Counted from the stretch's first letter, positions 38,976-51,843 are shown. The stretch: DNA of 64,000 bases from Epiperipatus broadwayi (GCA_028023455.1 JAQFVV010000002.1:28086001-28150000); one strand, 5' to 3'. Notes: generated by a model not told the origin, from the letters alone. Numbers and translations: made by a program.

Positions 38976-40739
38976 TTGTAGCATATAATATCATGACTAT
39001 AAATACAAATTTCTACAATGGTTAGAAACAATTCTCCAAAAGTTAAAATAACTGAAAAAGTGGTTTGAAAAAAATAAAGAATGTAAAATAATGAACTATA
39101 TTGACGAATTAGCAGAATAAAGGAATATAAAAATGTTTAATTCAAGCATAGATCAATATAAATTCAAGATTACTTTAATTAAAGTCATAAATGATTTTGA
39201 TGCTTAGGAAATTTAAAATATATCTTAGTCAAGAGTAAACTAAAAAAAAAACAACACCTTCACAACTGTTTCAAATAATTATCAAATCTGAATATAAGCA
39301 AGAAAATAATTGGTATTTGGCAGACAAAAATAGAATAAAAGATTCAGCAAGACTCTGCCCAGAAAAAAGAAATTTAAATGCAGATGAAAACTGGACATAA
39401 ATCAGACAGAGCTAATCATATAACCTCACTTCAATGTTAATACTCACCTAACTGTAAAGATATATACCTGGTTGAGTAACCATCAACATTCAAGACTGAT
39501 TATACACCGACCAATTTCATTTATAATCCAATAATAGATGTATTACGGAATAAAGCTAGATCTTTTAAAATCTTTAACAAATTTTCGATTATGCTGCAAA
39601 TAGGTAAAGACTGCTAAATGTACTAATATAAAGATATTACACCAAAAGTCTTCATTCAACTACTAGGTGGCAGCACCAAACAGATTACAGAAGAGCAGTG
39701 ATTCCCATTCACAATGCATATATACCTAACAGTATTAATCAGACATTTAGGGTTACATGTAATAATTTGAATAATGACAGGAAAAGGCACATACACCAAT
39801 AGTATAGGTTATACAACAAAAAGTTATTACTAATTTATATTATTAGTTTTACTTCTCAAAGTCCCGGTTTCTAGATATTAATACAAATGCCATATTCGAT
39901 TCAAATTTGAAATATAAAACTTTTCTCTCTCTACAATATATGTACATTTCAATTAAATTTAAAGATTAAATATTTCAAAACTTAAAAAAAATATTTGAAC
40001 ATATTCTTAACATAGTTTCCTTCACATATGCTTTCTCTATAAACAAATATATTTTTTAATTTTACAATGTTAACATTCGCACTCACCAATCAACGAAACA
40101 GACCAGTTTAGTTTAAACACACATTACGAAAGCAATTTGCATTAATTTGATAGATTTCACTGACTCTTCATGAAAATAAGAATGACTGACATTATTACTA
40201 ATTTTTAAAAATGTCAGAAAGTTGTGAAATTATCATCATTAATAGTAAAGTATGAAGAATGGCAGAATAAGGTTTCCTTTCTTACTTAATCTCAAAAAAG
40301 CCTTGTTCTTTTGCTTTATTTTAGTGAATGATGGTAACTCTATTCGTAAACAATGTCTGTGTTATTAACATGCCAATTAGCACCATGCTCTTATATGCTC
40401 AGTTCCACATTTCCCCACAAACACTGGAGTGCTGTTATGCCAGATAAACAAATATCATACTCAGTCCTATGAATACTCAGTGAGAGCGTTTTTCTGGTGT
40501 TCTTTTTATTATCACTTTGAATTAGCTTTTCGATTCATGACTTATTGGATATGGATTATTGGTTGAAAAGTGGCATAGTAAAAAAAGCTGAAACATAATG
40601 TGGATAGTGACCAACTACGCAAGATAGTGAGAAGATACAACGTTCACTTCTTGAAATAGGTAAAAATAAAAAAATATTGTCCTAATCTTCAGTGTTTGTA
40701 GAAAGTAACCAATGAGTAGAGGAAGCTCTCTTTATTCTC

Positions 40740-40800
40740 GCAGCATTTACAAGTAAAACATTTCGGTCATACAAACGATGAATGCAGATTTTTACACAAC
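40740..40800 (+). pseudogene. Gag-like CCHC zinc-knuckle remnant
   Basis: ...KHFGHTNDECRF, with the first cysteines lost to mutation or frameshift. Confidence 0.35.
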
Positions 40801-42469
40801 CTAGTGAAACACCAGAACATGATATCATCCATGCCATTGGCTAATAAAGATAACTAAAATGCATTTGTCTTATTATAAGAAATGACTATGTAGATGCATA
40901 CAAATATGAAAAAAATATTTAGTATATATGTAAGTGATTTGTAATATATTGTTAAACAATAGAGAAAAAAAATACTCGAGAAATAATTAAATGAATGAAT
41001 TAATTGGAAATATGGATCAAGTAGTAAATGTTAAAAAAAAATTACAATAAAATAAAGTAACTAAACTTAATTCAGACATGTGTTGTTAAATAAAAAAAAC
41101 AGCAGAAATTAATTATTAAAACAGGCAAAATTCTGTGATGTTTATTAGAAATTAATTAGTGATAGCTGACAATTTGGATGAGATAAAAATTTATTCTAAA
41201 AGGTAAAGTGATATATATATATATATGTATAATGGATCAATAAGAACTTGTCTGTTGGAGTCTCATTATCTTCAAGGATCCTGAAATGTGCTTGTAATAA
41301 TAAGTCACAAAGAAATAGAAGTAAGTCTATGTATGAGCAGTTGTGGATCTGATTCGTTGTGGGAAATAGAAAGCAATAGAAGAAGAATGTATATTGATAT
41401 GTATATGTATGCTTAAATGCACATACATGTATAGGTATAAACTTAATGAGCAAAAGTTATAAGTTTAAACAAATTAAAGAATTTTAAAAGACTGATTCTT
41501 TTAAAGTAGTAAGAAAAAGATTTATAACTTTAAGATTAGAAAAAGATTATTTCCTAAAATGAATACCAGTCTAATTAATGAGAGTAGAATAAGTCATTAA
41601 TGAAATAAAACAATGAAAGGAATTCGAGTTAGATTTCCTTTGTAATATAAATGACAAACTATAAAAATAACTCATTAATTAAAGTCAGAAAGATGACGAT
41701 GTGAATTCTTGTATAGAGATTAAAATGAAGAATCACCTGAGCGGATGGGGAGGAGTACGAGCCAATCAACTGCAGGGATTAAAACAATGAATGCCTCAAT
41801 ACGAATTTGGTGAAGAAGAGGACACTTCATGCTTGAAGCTTTACCTGTGCACATGAACATATATATTGGAGATCATCTCCCATGGCACAGCGACTTCAAA
41901 AATGGAGAACTGGTTTCCGAATGTGAGAACAGTCAGCTAGGACTCTTAGAGGTCGTACTGATCCAAATTATTATTTATGTATGCCTTCGGGCTTTATTAT
42001 GTTAAATAATTAAAACGCTCTTAAGGATCATTCATTAAATTATCTAAATATTAACTGTTTAGTAGTGTTTTGTACTCGTGTGAAGTTACTCTTAGATCAG
42101 TTAGATATAGCATATATAAACCTATTAGTAGATGATTATAATCAATCCTACTCCAATGGGAAAAATCCCACTTCTTTAGAAATGAGTTTTGTGATGGCTA
42201 TACAAACCAATCTATGAAACTCAAATATTTGCAGAAAAGTGGATAGAAATCAGTCTTTACCTTGTGTGAAAGTGATGCAGTGAAAATTATACTACAGAAA
42301 TATTATTCATTACTGGATAATTTCTAGTTTAATGAATGACTAATAAAAATTATTAATATACTTCCATTAAGTAGTTTGTATTAAAGTCGTGAAGGCAGCA
42401 AGTTTGGTTCTTATCAATTAAATTATCGTAATTTGCTATCTATCTATATGTATACTGAACAATGATAAA

Positions 42470-42570
42470 GATATGTGGTAAAAGATTATGGTCTGGTCAA
42501 CGTAATAAGTGCTGGTTCAGCATGAAATGTACATCTTGGGGATTATACATCTTTTTCACATATCTTTGGT
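42470..42570 (+). mobile_element. Family D copy with degraded hammerhead core
   Basis: gtgctg-gtt-cagcat-GAA-ATGTACAT-C-ttgg. Confidence 0.65.
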
Positions 42571-43060
42571 CATATATTTATGATTACATCCCTCCATAAA
42601 GTGTTAAAAGTGGTTAGGAACCTATATACAATGTTTCTAAATAATAATATTCATGATGGAATATACTACATATGGAAAATTATACATTTTTGCTATTTTC
42701 ATTGTATTCATTTGAAAAACATCATGTTTATCCTTAACTATGCATTTTAACTACCTATTTCCATTAGTAATAACATCCTTAGAAGACACTGGAATTCATA
42801 GTTTTTATAGTTTTTTTGATTTTTCTTTTTAGTTTTCAAATATTATTAAAATTATTGGTTTCAGTAGTTTTACTGTCAAATTTTTCAAACAAATTTTTTA
42901 CTTTAGTTCAATTTTTTGTTAGTTTATATTGTTACTATTATATTCTAATCTATTATTGAATGGAGAAAAGTTGGACTGTTTTTACTTAGAACGTCTTTTC
43001 TACCTTTTTCATATTCTACATTTAATGTTTAAATTTAAATATTCTCCAGGACTTTAAATC

Positions 43061-43817
43061 AGAGAGTGGTCAACCTTTTCAACTGGCAGGTCAATTGCAA
43101 CTTTGCCTTTTTTTGAATGAAGACCGTAATTTTTTGTGAATTAAAAATCAAGCAACATCATTATGATTAATGACTATTCCGCATTTAACCACAATTTGCT
43201 TTATGACTGTTCTTTGGCATATTTATATCTTAGAATTTCTTTTTATTTTCTGGACAGATCAATTCCATGACAGTTAGGATGCAGACTTTTATAAACTTCC
43301 TTTCAGTTCTGCTTTTTTTTTAAAATAAAAAAAATGTAATTTGCTTTACGGAATTTTCTGATTTATTTGTATTTCTTATAAAACAGCAGCCACTTGACGA
43401 AGCTCTTTTTCAAGTTTTATAATTTTAATATTTCTTTCTTTCCCAACAATTTTGTTATAATCAGAATGGTTTGTTAAATAGTGCTCTTTAATTATTGTGT
43501 TCTTTATTAATCGAAATGTTTTCCAGACATATCATGCACGTGGATTTACTATCCTTTTCTATACAAAAAAAATTATGCCTAGGTCCATTTCTTTTGAAGT
43601 GCATAATTTTCGGTGTCAATTTTTGTTATCTTACTCAGTGTAGTCATCCTATTAAAAAAATTAAAGGCAAAATAATAACAATAAAACAATGTAAAATTTG
43701 AGTTTTATTTTTGCTAGTATACATAAAAACAAACAAAATGTCTTCAGTGTTGTAAATTAAAGTTATAGTCAGATTGACGACTCAACGTACATAATTTGTT
43801 GGAATATTGCACACCTG
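43061..43817 (-). mobile_element. Internally deleted hAT (SPIN/OC1/GTF2IRD2-like) element with a BED-finger transposase remnant
   Basis: Minus strand gives a QKKWT.AxFF...STCMICLENISINKEH..KEHYLTNHSDY-like and an FIKVCILTVMELICPENK-like sequence. Degenerate TIR-like ends at 43061 and 43817, no TSD. Confidence 0.7.
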
Positions 43818-43952
43818 AAAAAATAAATTATAATTATCATGAAGATTGGAGAGAAAAAAGATGTAGTTGAGAAAATAACACATATTTTATTTTACTTAAA
43901 TTTTAATTCAATATTTGCATTAAGCCTGTTTAAATAAAAGTTTTACACAGGG

Positions 43953-44014
43953 TTATTTTACATACATTTCTGAAAATATCCATACGCCAAAGTTAGCCTG
44001 TAACCCGGAGATTC
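43953..44014 (-). CDS. Candidate second coding exon of the DMAC1-like gene (GISGLQANFGVWIFSEMYVK*)
   Basis: The only in-frame phase-1 acceptor I found nearby that gives a hydrophobic C-terminus. The acceptor context is poor. Confidence 0.3.
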
Positions 44015-44254
44015 CTTATACCTATTTTAATATTATGTCAGTTAAACATCAAATAATATGCTGGTATATGAAGATTATACAAAATTTATTAGAAATCAAC
44101 TACAACAATTAACATTAATAAAATACAATCAAAAAATAATAAAATTTTCCAAGAATATTAAACAATTAAGTCACCAATGGAGTCTTAATTAGTTTACGAA
44201 GATTTTACAATTCCATTAAATTCAAAATCAAGATAAATCTTGATAAAGAAGTTA

Positions 44255-44365
44255 TGCTGAAGATGTGTGCAAGGGTTGGTAAAGAGATGAGGATTACATT
44301 TAGTGAAGAAAAATCGAAAGAAATGATGATAAATGCGGGGAAAAGAGAAGAGAAAAAATTCCAGA
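44255..44365 (+). pseudogene. LINE RT fragment related to the element at 1-3888
   Basis: MLKMCARVGKEMRITFSEEKSKEMMIN matches the region at ~2160-2245. Confidence 0.5.
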
Positions 44366-44453
44366 AGTTTGCTAGCATATAAAAAAAAGTGTTATGTAAT
44401 TATTTTTAGTATCTATTCAATAGTTATTTTACAAATATAAATGAAAATATTAC

Positions 44454-44604
44454 CACCACCAAAAACAGCTGTTAAAATCTGGAAGTATTTTGAACTCGCC
44501 TTCTGACCTTCTGAAAAAACATAAATCCCTGCTGCACAAAAAACAGTGCCACCTGTAAGCCGACAAGGAAGACAATCTTTTGATTCTTCATTATCCATTG
44601 TCAT
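44454..44604 (-). CDS. DMAC1: First coding exon of a DUF4536/DMAC1-like small mitochondrial membrane protein
   Basis: MTMDNEESKDCLPCRLTGGTVFCAAGIYVF fits the DCxxCRxxxG + TM signature of the family. In-frame stop upstream of the ATG, acceptor tttttag at ~44632, phase-1 donor G/GTAATA. Confidence 0.7.
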
Positions 44605-44712
44605 AATATTTCAAAGTCATTTTCATATGATCTAAAAATATATATACAGTGTTAAAAGAATTATTAAAATATAATTAAAAAAAATAATTTTTTTTTTTAA
44701 TATAGGCTAGGC

Positions 44713-45073
44713 CAGGGGTTCCCAACCTTTTTGCACTTAAGAGCACATTCTATAATACCGTCCAGGTGGCGGGCACAATTTATTTTTTCAATGTAAATGT
44801 ATAGTTGGATATTGTTAATAATACACATAATGTACAAAAAAATATTTATTTCAAAAATAACATTTTAACGTAAATAACGTTTATATTTTTACGCTGTAAA
44901 AGTATAGTATGCCCTACAATTTGATTACAATATAATACAATAATTTATAAGAAATTTAAAAAATTAAATTTATTTGTATCAGATAAATAATTTTTTATCG
45001 TGTTCAGATAGCGGCGGGGTAAAATAGTCTGCGGGTGCCATGGTGCCCGCGGGCATAGGGTTGGGGACCCCTG
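44713..45073. mobile_element. hAT/Buster-type MITE
   Basis: TIRs caggggttcccaacc / ggttggggacccctg. 8-bp TSD ggctaggc (44705-44712 and 45074-45081). Confidence 0.93.
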
Positions 45074-46884
45074 GGCTAGGCTAACTTAAGTATTCCATTT
45101 TTAGACCAAGATTTTTTTTTTACTTTTCTCAATTAAAAATTAATTTCGGAACCTTGAATTTTTGAGCCAGCTAATCTTACACTGGACAAAGTGCACAGGA
45201 GATTAAATAATTTGATATAAGTACTTTATATAAAATGTGAAAACAGAATTACGAAAAATACTACAATATAAATACAATATACATTTATAAATGTGAAATC
45301 AAAAAATTTATGAGCAATTAATGTGCGTATAATTTCCAGTGTTAGTAATTCCAACAACTAGAAAAAAGCAAGCAAGCAAAATAATCTCAAAAACAAGACT
45401 TTTTTTTTAAAAAAGTAGAAGACTTCTTTATAAACAAAATACAATGAACAGTTATGGAATTTAGAAATACATACCGTAAAAAATAACACATAATTCTCCT
45501 AGTTTACTTTATTTCTACATTTAACAGTGTTAACTTTAATAAAAACCAGCATAAGTATTTCAATCTAGCACAATCTGAATGAAATAGTGATGAATATTAA
45601 GTAGATCCATGGTTTATTTCAAGCTACTGGCTATTCTCACTGTAGTGCATTGAATTGTATATATTCCAAAGATTTTGAACATTAAGGTATTTAAAGTTAA
45701 TATATCTGTCTAATAATATACACTTTTGGCTCTGTAACAAAGTATAGGTACACCAAAACAAAGCACCACATGGTTCTCCTGGCTTACATTCAATATTTGC
45801 ATTAACACAAGTAGTTTATTCTATATTGTTCTCCTCTAGAGCTAGCATAACATGTTGAGAGGATATTGCGCAGATCTTCAGTTCAGTTTCTGCTTACTCC
45901 AAAACCATTTCAACTCAATACCTTGATTACTATAATAAAAGTAAGGTAGACTGTTGTTAGATATGGGAAAACAGTCTTTCTTCCTGGATGACCAGAAACT
46001 AGTATAGATCTGGGCGGGCATCAATTATTCATGCTTATATAAATGACTCTATTAATGATAGAATGGATTACTGCTCTTAATGCCGATATTAAATCTAAGT
46101 TAGGAATTATTTGATGCATTGGAATAAACAAGTGTTCTTAATGAAGAGGGCAGAATTAATACAATGAATATATCTGGTGCAACCATTTAGTATTCATTGA
46201 CTATTCACATTTACAGATTGATGTAAAATTTATTTAGAAACATTTGCTGAATCAATTAAAGTAGGAATTTGAAATAATGACACATTAAAAGTGCATTAGA
46301 AATTTATGATAAAGATTAAGGAATAAAAATAGCAATATAAAATAACCATATAGAATTTATTATCACCAATAAAAGGATATAACTGGTGAAAGAAAATCCC
46401 TCTGACAAAAAACTACAAGGTGTTCAAGTTTATGCTGCAGTTTTTAACAATTTGATAATAGCTTTAATTAAATTTAGTTTTAAGTAACAAAAACAATTTA
46501 TTAAAATGGTTTGATTAATTAAAAATTATCCATGGTTTTATATATGTATGCAATCAAAATTATTCCAAATTCACAACTCAACCAAACTAGCCAAGAAAAC
46601 AAACTCTAAAACGCTACCAATGGTTTCACTGCTACAAGCAGACTTCCCAAGTGTAAAGAACTACAAAATAACAATATATTTAAACTAAACATTACCCACA
46701 ATTCCACTTAATTTCCATATACCCTTAATATTAAAAAACTTTTAAATAAGTTAACTGCTTCAGAATCATAAATTTTTAATAATAAAGATTCTTTAATTCT
46801 TCTTTTTATTTCATTTTCTCTCAAAGAAGACAACCTTAAATAATTAACTTATTTAAAAATTCTTTTAATATTAAGGATGTATGG

Positions 46885-47333
46885 CAGGTGTGGGCAATTG
46901 TTTTGGCTCAGGGGCCACAGAGGTTGGCGGAGGGCCACACCTTTTTTTCATGACACAATAAAACACACTGCTTTATTTTCTGTATTACCAAAGAAATATT
47001 TGTTTGTCCATTCTTCATTAAACACCAACATTCATCACCGATTTTACATTTTCTCGGAGGGTTCATGGTTTCATTAAAGTTGGAAATGTATATATCTGCT
47101 AATGCAAAGACAAAATTGAAATTAACCAGATCAACTGGGAAATAACTGCACATCGTATCTACGCTGTGCATGTGTATTGACGTAGCCATTCTAGTGGAAA
47201 ATAAGAAACAAATCCTCGGTCATGCATGGGAAGAAAATCTCAGTTCAAAGGGATTTTTGATTGTCTTGGCGGGTCGCATAAAAACTCTCAGTGGGCTGCA
47301 TATGGCCCTCGAGTTGCTATTTGCCCACCCCTG
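46885..47333. mobile_element. hAT/Buster-type MITE
   Basis: TIRs caggtgtgggcaa / ttgcccacccctg. 8-bp TSD atgtatgg (46877-46884 and 47334-47341). Confidence 0.92.
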
Positions 47334-47620
47334 ATGTATGGGAAGCAGAATTATGGGTAATGTTTAGTTTAAATATGTTGTTATTTTATAGTTCTTTACA
47401 CTTAGAGAAGTCTGCTTGCAGCAGTCAAACCATTGGTAGTGTTTCAGAGTCTATTTTCTTGGCCAGTCTGTTTGAGTTGTGAATTTGGGTAATTTTGATT
47501 ATGTATTGACTAGTTTAGCTTTATGTTTTTAATGTTTATATATATAAAGATATAATAAAACTGTAGTCCTGAAATAATATATCCGAAAAACATCATTTTA
47601 GTATGTTCTTTCCTTATACA

Positions 47621-48207
47621 AAGGCAAAACTCTCCACACAGTAGTGCCACCCTGTGCTAACCAGAGTAATCAATGGATGCCAGAAGGCTTGTGCATAAAA
47701 TCCCCATCTAGTGCCTACTCATCCAATATCCCCAGACTAGTTTCTGGCTTGTGGCCATCATCAGTGAGGAGCCTTGGATCTGAGAGCACTGCACCTAGAT
47801 CTTAGGATCTAATGCAACCCTCCAGCAGCCACCTTTTAACTCTACTTTACTACAAAACTATGTGAATGAAATTGGAAAACACAAAAATATTTTCAATCTA
47901 AACTCAATAGCTTATATAGTCATATGGGTCTAAACTCAATTCAGCACCCATACATTTTGGTGTCTTTGGCTCTTAAACAACCATAACCACCACTATCCTA
48001 TTAGGCAGGATTGGTGTTAAACCACTAAACATCACATGATCACATCTCATACTAGCACATAATTGTTGTAAACAAAGGCAAAACTCTCCATACAGTAGTG
48101 CCACCCTGTGTTAACCAGAGTAATTAATGGACTACTGTATGGAGAGTTTTGCCTTTGTTTACAACAATTATGTGCTAGTACAAGATGTGATCATGTGATG
48201 TTTAGTG
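47621..48207. mobile_element. Family A foldback insertion, copy 5 (~510-nt minus arm + ~80-nt plus arm)
   Basis: 16-bp TSD gttctttccttataca (47605-47620 and 48208-48223). Intact minus-strand hammerhead at ~47729-47770. Confidence 0.93.
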
Positions 48208-48975
48208 GTTCTTTCCTTATACAGAAAGAGAGGGGAAAAAAACTAAATAAGGGGTTGCAATGCCTAGTTTTCATTAATTTATTTAACTGCTATATATTGT
48301 TAATACATTAACCTTACTATCATATAACTATGTTTTGCTGCAATTCAAACCAGCCAAACGTTCACACAATAAACCTTCAATGCACGCCATATAGTCTGAA
48401 TCACAATAAGAAATTATAATGTGTATATAAATACAAGTTCCAAAAAATCTATCAGTTAAGATTCAAATAAATAATTAAAAAAAAAATATTTTACAAATAT
48501 AAAAAAAAGTTCAAATTTAAAACCATGGATTTTACACATGGATTTAATAATTAGTAAGCTTACTATCCAGCTACCTTTTTTAAAACTACACCTTTGTCTG
48601 GAACTGTAGTCTTTTACTATTTCTTTATGCCAATCTTAAATTTCTTCATCAGTCATTTTAAGACTAATCTCCAACTTGGGATCTTCAAATGTTTTATGCT
48701 GAATACTATTTTATTTCAGCAAAGTAAAGCAATTTTCAAATAATAGAAACAGATTTCCATCAGGATAGGCAAAATGGCAAGCTTTTTATATCATCATTAC
48801 CATCTTTGGGCTACTAATTATGAGGGATAGCATCTTTTCATTAATGAAGAAATTCATTTTTAAAAATATAGATAGCATACTTCTGCATTCACTCAAACAT
48901 ATTGCTGGAAAACATTTTCATAAAGAAGTTTCCATTATGGTTAAAATAAAATTAGTACTAGAAAGTACTTTCTAG

Positions 48976-49140
48976 CTATACGACTTCTTTGTATTAGGTA
49001 ATTATTAGCAAGCTAGAGTGACATCATTCTTATACCCTTTTCTCTTCTCCTCTAATTCAGGTTCCACACTGCACACACACTCTAGACTATCAAAAAATGA
49101 ACACCTCTATCAATCTATCAACGAATCTATAAGACCATAA
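48976..49140 (+). CDS. Possible terminal exons (~48976-48997, 49061-49140) of an unidentified gene, e.g. ...GSTLHTHSRLSKNEHLYQSINESIRP*
   Basis: Strong polypyrimidine acceptor at 49060 and a short upstream intron with a G/GTAATT donor. The reading phase is ambiguous. Confidence 0.3.
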
Positions 49141-49420
49141 ATCTATCTCTAAATGAATCAGATCAGACTGAATTTCTTTATATAGCTCTTCTAAACCTTT
49201 TTTTCTGGTCCATAAGATAAATTGTTTTCTGTAGCAGTAATTGTAGATTATTTTGTTTTTGTTGTTTTCTTAAGAGTTCATTTATATAACATATAATGAG
49301 TTCATTTATAAATGAGATTAATCAAACAATCCTTCAATTTTAAACCCTCAATATAATTATATATATACTTTTCTCTGTAATAACAATTTTTATTCCACCC
49401 TTACTTTGTACTTACTTTGT

Positions 49421-50497
49421 AATTACTAATACGCTAAAGTTAATTGTGTTACGGTGAAACTTTTAAGTTTATTAATTAGTAGGCTTTTTTTTTTTATCTA
49501 TTCTATCTTTTAGACTTAGCGCTTTCAGAGCCCTTGCAGCTCCATATTCATAGTCCTTTTCATATTGTTAACTATATGCAAATGCATGCAAATTGCTTAT
49601 ATCATCCATTTTTTCAAAATCGCGAAGCACGTGTCCTTTCTGTTTATTGCTCTGGTGATGAAACATGCTTCTTTGACCTTCCTCTTGACATTGTTTCTTT
49701 CTGTGCACATGATGTCAGCTTTAGAGGGCTCAAATTTGTGGTTGCATTCCTGCTGATGGTCAGCAAATACTGAGCTGCCTTCTTTTTTGGTTGTAGCTCT
49801 TGTGTATACATATTTATGCTGGGCCAGTCTATTGCCCACTGTGGCCCGAGTTTCCCCATAATAAACTGAATCACAACCTGTCTGTGAGCAAACAATTCTA
49901 TAAACTACATGGGAGGGTTTCTTCTATGTTTCTTTTGTCTTTAGTATTGTTGATGAGCCTATTGGTGTTTGGAGGGATTCTGAATCAGAGTTTGAATTCC
50001 TTCTGTAATATTTTACTGAAGTTTTTTGCCACTGCAGATATGTAGGGTATAGTCAGATGTTGTTTGTCTTCTTTTGTGTTCTGTTGCAGTCTTTTATAAA
50101 AGTTTTCAATCCTGTTGGTTATTGTTCTATGATCAAAACCCAAGCTTATTAAGTCCCTGATGTAGATGGTGATGTTGTTTTTCTTGTCTGACTCTAAATT
50201 ACACAGGTGGTTATTGTGAAATAAGAAGGCAGACAGCCCTGTGAGTTTGTGTGATTTAGGGGATTTTGAGAGTGGATGGAGACAACCTCTAACTTCGCGA
50301 TTTCGAAAAAAATGGATGATATAAGCAATTTGCATGCATTTGCATATAGTTAACAATATGAAAAAGGACTATGAATATGGAGCTGCAAGGGCTCTGAAAG
50401 TGCTAAGTCTAAAAGATAGAATAGATAAAAAAAGCCTACTAATTAATAAACTTAAAAGTTTCACCGTAACACAATTAATTTTAGCGTATTAGTAATT
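49421..50497 (-). mobile_element. 5'-truncated Penelope-like element (lineage 2) with an inverted pLTR copy
   Basis: LTIPYIS, VYYGETRATVGNRLAQHK and HKFEPSKADIMCTERNNVKRKVKEACFI (GIY-YIG). Inverted arms at 49421-49627 and 50293-50497. Confidence 0.92.
49512..49556 (-). ncRNA. Variant minimal hammerhead with an A3-U8 core (second copy 50366-50410, +)
   Basis: GGACT-ATGAATA-t-GGAGC-tgcaagg-GCTCT-GAA-AGCGCT-A-AGTCT. Confidence 0.65.
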
Positions 50498-50582
50498 TTC
50501 TTCTGGCATGTATTTTTTTTTTTATTTAATTATACATAAATTTCTCAAAATCACTTTACTGATTCTTTTGTATTTAAACTAA

Positions 50583-50770
50583 TAACATCACAAGCCACCA
50601 TTTCCTATGCTTACACAAGCTGTTAAAACAATAGCAAACTCTAAAATTGATTACTACGGCTTGCACTGGGTGGGACTACTGCATAGTGAGTTTGCTAACA
50701 AGTTTTTCTTGGTATAATTGCTGAGAGATTCTTGGTTTCATTTAAGAAGAAGCTACAGTACATCACATGA
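50583..50770. repeat. Degenerate family A-like foldback fused to a LINE 3' end (50694-50769)
   Basis: agcaaactc...gagtttgct arms, then gctaacaag...gaagaag...acatcacatg matching 3825-3888. Confidence 0.55.
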
Positions 50771-50789
50771 GGATAAATTAAAATCGTTA

Positions 50790-51050
50790 GAGACGGAGTG
50801 TGAGCAGAGATAAAGGAATTATTGAATAGAAATGATAAGGAAGAAATAGATAAGGAAGTTCAGAAGGTGGAAGAAAATGTTACAGATGAAATAGGGAAAG
50901 TAAATTATGAGACAGTATTGATAGGAGTTTCGCTAATTAGAGAAAGTAGAGATGTAATTGCAAGGAAAAATAAAAAGAGGTATGTAAGAATATATTTGCC
51001 TGGAGCTATAATTAGGGATATTACAGTTAAAAATGAAAGTCTTCAAGACC
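50790..51050 (+). pseudogene. LINE ORF1 esterase (SGNH-like) fragment
   Basis: LIGVSLIR...YLPGAIIRDI resembles the GDS.IR...CLPGA.I.D motif of CR1/L2/RTE-X ORF1. Confidence 0.6.
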
Positions 51051-51843
51051 CAGGATTATCTATGGTAGAACTCATTAAGTGGAAGTAATACAAATAAGCA
51101 GCATCATACCAAGCAATCCATACTGGACAGATACAACAACAGGACAATCAACTGTTATATGCATAAATCTAAGAAGCAACAGTGTGACAACAAGTGGCAT
51201 ACTCATGTACTAGCCTTAATATATATATATCACTAATAAACATGTTAAATTTTAATTAGTTTGTTCTGTATATTATAGAGATTAAGAGCAGAACCCATAG
51301 AAGTCACATGACTTGATAAGAACACAACAAGGTTTAATGTTAAATTAGGTAGTTAACCTTGCTATGGGAATTGTTTATTTAGAATAACTTGTTTACGAAA
51401 TTTTCACATTATCTATAATAATTATGTTGAATGATTTATATAAAAGTATCTAATGTTAATAGGGATTTCTCATGCCAAATCAATTATCTCAATAAGGGAG
51501 CTGAATCTTTTTGACTATATAAATACCACTTATTGAGAGCTGAATCTTTTGACTATATAAATGCCACCTTATATACGTATATTACTGATATGTCCGCACC
51601 TTATTAATCTTACGATCAGGATCCTTATCAGGGAGCTTTCTGTTCCCTGACTAAATTCCCAAATTTGTTATGTCCAGTCGACTCTTTCTATACTGCCAGA
51701 CACCTTGTCTGCGAGCTAAACTATTTCCAAACTCATTTAATTCATAATAATTCCCCAGTAATGACTCGATACTATTAGGTTGAGATTATTTGCATTTAAT
51801 AATAATAATCTTAGTAATTGTTAACCAAACATTACAATTTATA

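Noticed and set aside
45980-46005. cctggatgaccagaaactagta as a hammerhead
   Set aside because: The core and helix II are incomplete and there is no helix I. At most it is a family A remnant.
51255-51836. Solo LTR (TG...CA, with duplicated TATA-containing 40-bp units at ~51498-51570)
   Set aside because: No matching 4-6-bp TSD, primer-binding site or polypurine tract was found.
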